15,910 bases of DNA. Source: an uncultured Verrucomicrobiales bacterium (GTDB lineage: Bacteria > Verrucomicrobiota > Verrucomicrobiia > Verrucomicrobiales > DEV007). The stretch lies in contig CALKOM010000138.1 of NCBI GenBank assembly GCA_938091905.1, positions 1-15,910 on the forward strand, written 5' to 3'. The notes under the pieces are model-generated. The model saw only the letters and a program-made list of their open reading frames with translations, was not told the DNA's origin and did not search any database. Shown in pieces: positions 8,983 through 15,910 of this stretch (positions are counted from its first letter, which is position 1; every line of letters starts with the position of its first letter). Both the position numbers and the translations under genes were made by a program.

Positions 8983-9402
8983 TCATCGCTAGGGACTGGA
9001 GGGGGTTCAGCCCCCATTCAAGTCGGCGGGTATGGGGAAACTTCTGACCGGCATCCGCAGGCGCTATCCGCATGGTTTGGAAGTGATAAAGGCCTCGCCC
9101 GGCAAGCGATACCTGCGCTCCTCTCAGCATCCGTGGGGATTTTTTTTCAGATTATGAAGATTAGTGACACACTATCAGCCAAATTTGCGCATGGGTAACT
9201 GGGTTCTGATAACCCACGTCTCATTTCCATTCCATGACGAGAAGATTGCCTCCAGCCCCCTTCACAGGGGGGCACACCCGCTTCGATTCTCTCGAAAACC
9301 GTTACGCTTTCGTATTGTCTCAATTGCACACCCACCCTTGCCTCAAAACCCGGCGGCATGGTCGCCGAACAGGTCCGTTAAGAACACATTAATTAGTTAA
9401 TC

Positions 9403-10149
9403 ATGAAAGCCAGAAATTTCATTCGGTTGATATCATTCGTTTCCATCATCTCATTCTGCCAAGTCATCGGTGCCGCCGAGATCACTGGAGAGGAACTTTG
9501 GGAAAAAGTGATCACTTATCACGATCCGGGTAGCAACTGGGATTCTTTTGATGGGAGAGTCCGCCTGGTCACTACAAATAGTCGAGGTCGGTTGTATAGC
9601 GAAACGATCAGCATCGACGCGGATAGAGACTTTTATCAGACCGAAAAGGATAATGCTACCGGATTGGTCGCCGGTGTGAACGACGGAACGGCATTTTCAA
9701 AATTCACAGATACCCCCATAAACAAGCAGCAGGGCGACAGGCAACTGCGACAGTCTCGCAGTAATGCTCCCATGATGAGACAGCATCACTCTGGCCATCT
9801 TGGAATGCCGATGCAAATGAAGCTGGCTGGATTGAAGGCGCAAAAGGAGGTGAAGCTGGCCCAGTTCCAGGGGAAAGCCTGCTACGCTCTTGAGCTCACT
9901 GGCGGTCCGCCTGAAGGGCCCTTCAGCTATTGGAGAGGCCATTGGACGCTTTATGCAGACCCCGACACCTTTGCCATTCTCGGTGGGCGCCACCAAAAGC
10001 CTGACCCAGAATCAAATCTCCCCGATTTGTATTTTGTATGCCACGGAGTTTTCGAAGTGGATGGAATCAAAATTCAGAGCACGAAGAGTTTCTTTCGCTC
10101 CGAGGATGACTCTTATGTGTTTACCGATGTCTATGGTTCGGCCAGATAG
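9403..10149 (+). CDS. Secreted DUF6503-like protein
   Basis: Signal peptide, then EITGEELWEKVITYHDPGSNWDSF, LGMPMQMK, FQGKACYALELT, WTLYADPDTFAI, EVDGIKI...FFRSEDDSYVFTD. Recognised by eye as the DUF6503 pattern. Confidence 0.72.
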   Translation: MKARNFIRLISFVSIISFCQVIGAAEITGEELWEKVITYHDPGSNWDSFDGRVRLVTTNSRGRLYSETISIDADRDFYQTEKDNATGLVAGVNDGTAFSKFTDTPINKQQGDRQLRQSRSNAPMMRQHHSGHLGMPMQMKLAGLKAQKEVKLAQFQGKACYALELTGGPPEGPFSYWRGHWTLYADPDTFAILGGRHQKPDPESNLPDLYFVCHGVFEVDGIKIQSTKSFFRSEDDSYVFTDVYGSAR

Positions 10150-10180
10150 ATAACTTTGCCGGCTTCGAATTCGCCAGATT

Positions 10181-10303
10181 CCCCCCCCCGAAACTCAACT
10201 TCTTTATGAAAACCATTGGTGGTGGATTGGTCCGCGCTCGTATTGAAAACTCCGCTCCGCTCATTGGAAAATGGGAGGGTAGGTCGGAAGCTGCCCCCCC
10301 CCC
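10181..10303. repeat. Two homopolymer tracts: C9 (10181-10189) and C10 (10294-10303)
   Basis: Counted directly. Both are intergenic, upstream of the gene at 10393. Confidence 0.85.
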
Positions 10304-10321
10304 TGCAATGCTTAACAATGC

Positions 10322-10352
10322 GGCGAATCTGACCCCATAGACGAAAAGCAAT
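10322..10352 (-). repeat. Right 31-bp inverted repeat of the cassette
   Basis: GGCGAATCTGACCCCATAGACGAAAAGCAAT is the reverse complement of 8952-8982 and ends 40 nt before ATG 10393. Confidence 0.95.
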
Positions 10353-10392
10353 CAAACCCTTTACGAGCAGGAGCTTCTTACGCATCGAAACT

Positions 10393-11298
10393 ATGAAAAT
10401 TAATTACAGACAATACCATATGACAGTGTTGTGCGCATCATTGGTGGCTGGCTTGTCAATTCTTGATTTAGCGGGTCAAGATGGAGGAGAAATTCCAGAA
10501 TCTATAAAGAAGGAAATGCGGTTCCTGGTAGGAGACTGGAATTTCAGCGCCACCCGTAACGGGGAACCTGTTACGGGTAATTATTCAGCTCGTTGGGCTA
10601 GTGGCGGCACCTGTCTACTCATGACTTTTCGCAGCGACTCTGACAACTCTACGGGGGTAAGCAGTTGGGACGCGGCTACCAACGAAATTGTTGAAAACTG
10701 GTTTGATCCTGGAACCGGCCGTATCGAATTGCGCTACAAGGTCACTTCACCTTCCGAATGGAAGGGCACTTCAAAAAGAGTCGCAATGAACGGGGAAAAA
10801 TCCGAGGGCAAATTGAGTATAACCAAAAATGGACCCGATTCTTTTCGCTACACCGAAGAAACTGGCGGCTTCACCTGGGAAATCGATAACAAACGCGTTC
10901 AGCGCTCCATGGCCAGCAAACAACCCTTAATGGATGAGCTCGCTGCTTTAGTTGGAGTTTGGGAAGAAAAAGACGACAAAGGAGTAAGGCGTTGGGTCTT
11001 TGATTGGAGTCCTGAAAAGAATTTTTTAAATAATCAGCAAACCGCTTTCGGTCCTGACGGCAAGCCAATTTGGACCGTCAATGGTTCTCTTGGATGGGAT
11101 CAGGGCAGGAATCAGATCACGAACTGGTGTGTATGGGGAGGCGGAGGAGAATCGAAGTTTTTTTGGAAAAAACTGACGCAAAACACGTGGGAGGCTTCCA
11201 ACGAATCAGGAAACATGACCTGGAAATTCACGCCGGAATCCTCTAGGCTCCGTGTAGTCAATAACACAGGATTAGAAACCGTTTTCTTAAAACAATAG
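10393..11298 (+). CDS. Secreted hypothetical protein with two tandem GxW beta-barrel (DUF1579-like) domains
   Basis: 301 aa with an N-terminal hydrophobic signal. Internal repeat: EMRFLVGDW...GVSSWDAATNEI and ELAALVGVW...GSLGWDQGRNQI. Confidence 0.75.
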   Translation: MKINYRQYHMTVLCASLVAGLSILDLAGQDGGEIPESIKKEMRFLVGDWNFSATRNGEPVTGNYSARWASGGTCLLMTFRSDSDNSTGVSSWDAATNEIVENWFDPGTGRIELRYKVTSPSEWKGTSKRVAMNGEKSEGKLSITKNGPDSFRYTEETGGFTWEIDNKRVQRSMASKQPLMDELAALVGVWEEKDDKGVRRWVFDWSPEKNFLNNQQTAFGPDGKPIWTVNGSLGWDQGRNQITNWCVWGGGGESKFFWKKLTQNTWEASNESGNMTWKFTPESSRLRVVNNTGLETVFLKQ

Positions 11299-11406
11299 AA
11301 GTAATCGGTTTAGGTGGCTTAATCTCACAGTTACTGAGTTAGGTTAGAGTTAGTTAAGGTGAAGGGTTTGTAGGGCTGTGCTGGCGGGAGACGTCGAGGG
11401 AGGGCT

Positions 11407-12655
11407 TCACTCGAATGATCTCCCTCCGCGCACAGTGGAGGGCGCTCGTAGCATCCTTCGACTCACCCGATTCATGATCGCTTTCCATCGCTCTGCGGAG
11501 ATGGCGACCAGGCCTACAAAGCGATCTCGCACCACGCCGATCGCTCGTTTCACATTGATCTTGTAGCGATGCCGACAGCTAGCTTTCTGCCGATCCAGCA
11601 CCGGTTGACTGGCGGCGGCAAAAAGCTGACGGCCATGTTCTGACAGAGCACTGGGTGCATGGAAGTCTTGGTAAACCGAATGAACAGTCTTCCTGGTCCA
11701 GTTCTCCACTTCGATTTTACATTTGGCCGTCTTGATCCCTGCTTCCACCGTCCATCTCTCATGGTAGAGCGCTTTGAAGTCTTCCTCTGGATACTTCTGG
11801 CTATCTACCAAGTCTGTCAGCAACACCTCTACCTCTCCGGTTTCCAGTTCGACTCGCACAAATCGTAAACGACGCTTCTTTGGCAATGGGATGCCGTAGG
11901 TCTTGAACGCCTCAACCACTTCCTTGCTGAAATCATAGTTATGACTTGCTAATTGCGCTTTGCTCTTCACAAGGGATTGGGCTGGGCGATAGCGGCGCAC
12001 AGGAACCCGGATGACAGCGTGTGACTCCTGCGCCAATGACCAAGCGATGATTCAAGGGCTGTGGTAACCATGGTCGTAGATCACGCAGTCATCCTCCCAA
12101 AAACGTTTCCCCAGAAGTTCCTCTGCGTTAGTAAGGTCTCCTTGCTCGTAGGGCGAAATCTCCGTGGCTACGTTCAGGTTAACTACATGCGAGCAAGCGG
12201 GGGTGAAGTGCCTTGACAGCGCCTCTCTTCGCCAAAGCGCCATATCGGGAGAGCCCTTAATCAGACGCAACGTCGAACCATCCTAGCAAGCAAGCGCAAT
12301 CCATACCAGCGGTGATCACCAAGAGCGTGATTTCGCGCGGTCGCGATCAGGGCATCATTGAGATCTACAAATGCGGAGCTTTTAAGAAACGCTCCAGATC
12401 AAGATGAAGTGCCGAGTGGAGATTCCGAATAAGGATCAAGCAGAGCCGATGAAAGGGAAGCTTACGATCCCGGACAAAAGCCGAAGCCTTCGTCCGATGG
12501 CGAGCAATGAACTCAGGATCCTTGAGATGGTTGGAAAGCGTTGCACCCCATTTAGATGTCTGTAAGGGAATAGATGTCTGTAAGGGGACTTCACACCATA
12601 GCCACTCTAATTTCAAGTTGTGATAGTTTGCAGACCGGTGTCGTCGTTTTATCAA
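11407..12655 (-). pseudogene. IS4-family DDE transposase, multiply frameshifted and internally deleted
   Basis: Pieces in different frames: FVRDRKLPF (N-terminal); WYGLRLLA/DGSTLRL (first D, frameshift at about 12283); IYDHGY (second D); LLTDL...LYHERWTVEAGIKTAK (IS4 Y-2-R-3-E-6-K signature); QDFHA then a further frameshift at about 11655. Confidence 0.88.
12553..12586. repeat. 18-nt-period tandem duplication in the transposase 5' region
   Basis: TAGATGTCTGTAAGGG at 12553-12568 and 12571-12586, translating as PLQTSI-PLQTSK. Confidence 0.9.
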
Positions 12656-12785
12656 GTCATCCTACCAATCCTCTTACATTACGGAAGATGATTGACCCGT
12701 TTCCCTTAACTCATCGACATTGGGCTTGCAACCCACTCGAATGGGGCAGCCAAGACGACCAACTCGCCCTAACTCCGACAGGCTC

Positions 12786-15716
12786 CTAGCAACTCTTTTC
12801 ACGGTGCAAATTTGGGTCAACCACCGCAGCCATAGCCGAAGCATCCAATTCTAGTCCCAAGAACTCGTTTATTTTGTTTGCAGCCCCAAGCGGGTCTCCG
12901 AGGGCCTCTGCATAGGACAGACGTAAGACCGGGTTTTTATGCAACATCAAAAGATTGATGCCGAAATGCGCCTGTTCTCGTAAAACCTTGGCCATTTGCT
13001 TATCGTCAATCTCTGCTGCTTGCTCACCCAGTCTTTCCAACATCTTCGTTTGTGAGCGGACGACTTCAGCTACAGGCCGCCTCATGTAGATCACCTTGTA
13101 ATCAACCGTTTGGGGTAAGTATTGCACAAGTGGCGACACGACCTTAACAATCTGACCGTCGCAGTCGCGTAACCACTTGTTGTTTTTTGAAAGCCCTTTG
13201 ACCAAATCAGCTTCGTAATACCCCTTTGGGTTACTTGCATCAGCAATCCGATTTCCGTCCGTAAAAATCTCGAGACCACCAGCTGCTAACATTTGCATCA
13301 TCATCGACGTGCCGGAACGCGGCAAGCCGGAAACCAAAACCACCTCGGGTCGTGGTTCTTCCGGGGCTGAGTCACTTTCGGTTGGTGACTTGGGCGTTCT
13401 CGGCTGGTTAAGCGAGGGATCCAAATCGGGGTTTTCCGAGAGTTTATAGATGGAGGGTAAATGTTGGGAAATTATATCACTCGTAATGACTTTGAAGTCG
13501 ATTGGCTCAACCGTTTTGGCTTCCAGATTTTCCTTGGCAATTCGTTTCGCGGCAATTCGGTGCGCGATTGCTAGATTTTCATCGAGAACCGCCCTCGAAT
13601 AGATCTTTGCGAGTGCCTCGTGCGCCTCTTGGAAATTCGGATTTTGATCGATCGCCCGACGGAGAGATCCAATCGCTGATTCGTGGTGCCCCAGATGTTG
13701 CTCTGCTATACCGAGATAGTAATGGGCGACTGGAAAATGGAATTGCAAACCGATGGCTTCACTTGCTACTTCTGCCGCTTCCTTATGACGGTTCATTTTG
13801 ATGTAACACTGACTTAGGCCCATGAGACATTTGGGACTATGTGGATCGAATTCAAGTCCCTTCAGCATACTGGCTTCCGCATCTTCCAGTCGATCAAGGG
13901 AGATGTAGACGATTCCTACATGAAAATGCAGGGCAGGATCGTGAGATTTTTCGGCATCAGCACGCTTCATTAATTGAAGCGCACGCTCAAAGTCCCCTTC
14001 GTTCGTCGCCACGGTGGCTGCCAGGATATCCAACGAATTTGGGTTGCCCCGCGCCACGGACTTAAGCTTTCGAATCAGCAAGTTTTCGTTACGGTCAAAG
14101 AGGATCGGTTTGCCTCGGCTATCCACCCGAGCGATTCGGGCCAAATCTTGGTCGTCCGCTTCATTTTCCAGCTTATTGAGCTCTTTCCAATGATCACGCC
14201 GCTCCTTCGCAACGATTGCAAGCTCACGGATCCTTTCTTTGGCAACCTTCGATGCTTTGGCCCACCGATCGTTCAAATCATCGAGAAGTAACTTGAGATT
14301 AGCATCCTCGCCTAAAATTCGGAAGCAAACCGCCAGTTGGATTGCATAACGGAATTCGATGGGGAATTGTTGGTAAAGTTTGATCAGCAAGGGCGCTGCT
14401 TTACCATGAAGGTCGGCGTCCATGTAGGCGCGGGCTAAGTTGTAATTCAATTCTTTTACACAGTTCGCCACCGCTTCAGAGGCATCTTTCTCGGGTGGAT
14501 CGATGTAGCCAAGTAACACGAGTTGATTCAAGGCCGCTTTTGATTCCTCCTCGGAAACCGAAAATCCCGGGGGGTGTTGGCCTGATTCACCCTCGACGTT
14601 TTCCCAACTCTCGATGGTGTCGACCGCCGGTTCCTCGACGAAGATATCGGTGAGCGGTCGGCCGTCCATGTCTTCACCGACCGGCAAACCCTTGACCACT
14701 AAAATGGTGGGCGTGATATCAAGGAGATTCGCCTGGTGAATGACATGGTCTCGTTTGATATTGGGGCCGACGGCGACGAAAATCCCTAAATCGCGATGCT
14801 CCTTGGCGGGCCCTGCTGGCTCGTTTGGCACGAAAGCCGGGCGAAGGTGATCCGGGTGAAATCCGTGGTCCGAGATAAGGATGACCGTGGTGTCATCATC
14901 AGCGTACTCAAGCAGCTGTTTGAGCATCATGTCGTGGTAGACGTACCCCATGTCGACGACGTGACGGTACATTTTGAAGTCATGGTCCGAGACGCTGGCC
15001 TGCTGAGGGGCTCGATAACGCATGAAACCGTGGCTGTAGTGATCGATTGCGTCGTAATAAATCGCGGCAAAATCCCAAGCTTGAGATTCGAGGAGATGTG
15101 TTGCGGCGGTATGGATCGAGCTGCATTCCGCAGTAACTTTCATCACCGATGCTACGCGGCGGTCATTCGACTGATCGATTTCAGCTCCGTCGGGTAGGAA
15201 TGGCAGTATATCCTCGGCGGTAAGCTCCATTGGGTGTACTCTGAGGGGGCTGACCTCTTCGAAGATCTCTGGCGGATGAATTGTATTAGGCTGTAGAGGC
15301 CACGCGTCCCCCGGTTTTGCGGGAGCCTTTTGAAAGAAATCCGAAACCATGGCACCCTGGATTGGCTCAGCTGGATGACTGGGCCACCATCCAACTACCA
15401 AGGATCGCTCATTGTGTTGGTTGAGAATGTTCCAGATCGCTTTACTAGTACGTGAAATATTGGTCATCGGCTGGACCCCATTTCCGTTAGGATTCGGCTC
15501 GGTGAAACCATAAATGCCATGCTTATATGGCCGCTTGCCTGTAGCGATCGAGGTCCACAGCATCGGTGACAATGGTGGGTTTAATGTTCGCAGGTTGCCC
15601 ATGGTGCCTTCGTTGACCATGCGCTGCAGCGTTGGCATTTTTCCGGCATCCATCAGTTCGTGGATAACTTTCCAATCTGCGGCATCCCAGCCGATCAATA
15701 AAACCTTGTTTTTCAT
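12786..15716 (-). CDS. Alkaline phosphatase superfamily (phosphodiesterase/NPP-like) - TPR - sulfotransferase fusion protein
   Basis: N-terminal LIGWDAADW, PPLSPMLWTSIATG, DAIDHYSH, ISDHGF (AlkP metal ligands and Ser nucleophile region). Central TPRs (e.g. AHYYLGIAEQHLGHHESAIGSLRRAIDQNP). C-terminal VSGLPRSGTSMM (PAPS 5'-binding loop) and YMRRPVAEVVRSQ. No signal peptide. Confidence 0.92.
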   Translation of the reverse strand: MKNKVLLIGWDAADWKVIHELMDAGKMPTLQRMVNEGTMGNLRTLNPPLSPMLWTSIATGKRPYKHGIYGFTEPNPNGNGVQPMTNISRTSKAIWNILNQHNERSLVVGWWPSHPAEPIQGAMVSDFFQKAPAKPGDAWPLQPNTIHPPEIFEEVSPLRVHPMELTAEDILPFLPDGAEIDQSNDRRVASVMKVTAECSSIHTAATHLLESQAWDFAAIYYDAIDHYSHGFMRYRAPQQASVSDHDFKMYRHVVDMGYVYHDMMLKQLLEYADDDTTVILISDHGFHPDHLRPAFVPNEPAGPAKEHRDLGIFVAVGPNIKRDHVIHQANLLDITPTILVVKGLPVGEDMDGRPLTDIFVEEPAVDTIESWENVEGESGQHPPGFSVSEEESKAALNQLVLLGYIDPPEKDASEAVANCVKELNYNLARAYMDADLHGKAAPLLIKLYQQFPIEFRYAIQLAVCFRILGEDANLKLLLDDLNDRWAKASKVAKERIRELAIVAKERRDHWKELNKLENEADDQDLARIARVDSRGKPILFDRNENLLIRKLKSVARGNPNSLDILAATVATNEGDFERALQLMKRADAEKSHDPALHFHVGIVYISLDRLEDAEASMLKGLEFDPHSPKCLMGLSQCYIKMNRHKEAAEVASEAIGLQFHFPVAHYYLGIAEQHLGHHESAIGSLRRAIDQNPNFQEAHEALAKIYSRAVLDENLAIAHRIAAKRIAKENLEAKTVEPIDFKVITSDIISQHLPSIYKLSENPDLDPSLNQPRTPKSPTESDSAPEEPRPEVVLVSGLPRSGTSMMMQMLAAGGLEIFTDGNRIADASNPKGYYEADLVKGLSKNNKWLRDCDGQIVKVVSPLVQYLPQTVDYKVIYMRRPVAEVVRSQTKMLERLGEQAAEIDDKQMAKVLREQAHFGINLLMLHKNPVLRLSYAEALGDPLGAANKINEFLGLELDASAMAAVVDPNLHREKSC

Positions 15717-15769
15717 GGTGATCGATTTTCAGTTTGTTATTAGTCTTCAGCCTATTTCGGGACAAATGT

Positions 15770-15910
15770 GGCTCTCCGTCAGGTTTGCTGGATGAAATCC
15801 TAACAGGATAGGTGACAAACCCGCCAAGATCAGCTTGAGATCTGGGTTGTGAAAGTCCTGAACATCAAAGCCTTATACGATTTCGACGGGTATGTCGTCG
15901 ACAAGATTAG
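15770..15910 (+). mobile_element. Probable left end of an ISL3-family insertion sequence
   Basis: Starts GGCTCT (ISL3-type terminus) after AT-rich ACAAATGT. An imperfect hairpin (about 15816-15850) is followed by an ORF running off the window. Only 141 nt visible. Confidence 0.5.
15849..15910 (+). CDS. 5' end of a probable ISL3-family transposase (partial)
   Basis: GTG 15849: MKVLNIKALYDFDGYVVDKI..., open to the window end, 79 nt inside the GGCTCT terminus. Too short for a firm assignment. Confidence 0.42.
   Translation, partial: MKVLNIKALYDFDGYVVDKI

Larger units (their letters stand above)
8952..10352. mobile_element. Putative non-autonomous IR-bounded gene cassette (or invertible segment) carrying a DUF6503-like gene
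   Basis: Perfect 31-bp terminal IRs, no transposase or recombinase inside, CA on both outer flanks (8950-8951, 10353-10354), left end abuts the CotH truncation point. Mobility is inferred. Confidence 0.45.
11352..12722 (-). mobile_element. Degraded IS4-family insertion sequence
   Basis: Upstream end on the minus strand reads CAATGTCGATGAGTTAAGG (12722-12704), an IS4-type terminus. The other end keeps only AGTTAAGG (11352-11359). Encloses transposase remnants. Confidence 0.75.

Noticed and set aside
8767..9198. 143-aa plus-strand ORF, and ORF 10121..10351, sharing LFVYGVRFA
   Set aside because: The shared peptide is just the translated inverted repeat. The ORF is largely antisense to the CotH remnant and has no recognisable product.
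10310..10392. GCTTAACAATGCGGCGAATCTGAC resembles the 5' arm of an integron attC site (RYYYAAC)
   Set aside because: No complementary arm or GTTRRRY box follows before the next gene, and there is no integrase in the window.
12553..12586. Direct repeat as a possible CRISPR or iteron
   Set aside because: Only two 16-nt copies with a 2-nt gap inside a transposase remnant; a simple tandem duplication.
11352..15910. Composite transposon around the AlkP-sulfotransferase gene
   Set aside because: The flanking elements belong to different families (IS4 and probable ISL3) and the IS4 copy is defective.

Overview
Bacterial window whose protein families suggest a Verrucomicrobia or other PVC-group genome (inferred, not proven). 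Left part: a minus-strand operon of a PEP-hydrolase-like TIM-barrel gene and a Tm-1-like (UPF0261) gene that runs off the edge and is absent from the ORF track. Next come a small membrane protein, a frameshifted YWTD-like propeller gene and a large secreted PQQ-like propeller / methyltransferase-like / malectin-like protein. From about 6.9 kb the region is accessory and decaying. It holds two secreted tandem beta-barrel proteins, a REP-like palindrome, a cryptic CotH-kinase pseudogene fragment and a degraded IS4 element. It also holds an AlkP-TPR-sulfotransferase fusion gene with an ISL3-like end just upstream. The most unusual structure is a transposase-free 1.4-kb unit (8952-10352). It carries one DUF6503-like gene between perfect 31-bp inverted repeats with a GGGGTCAG core and symmetric subterminal hairpins, and it begins where the CotH fragment is cut off.
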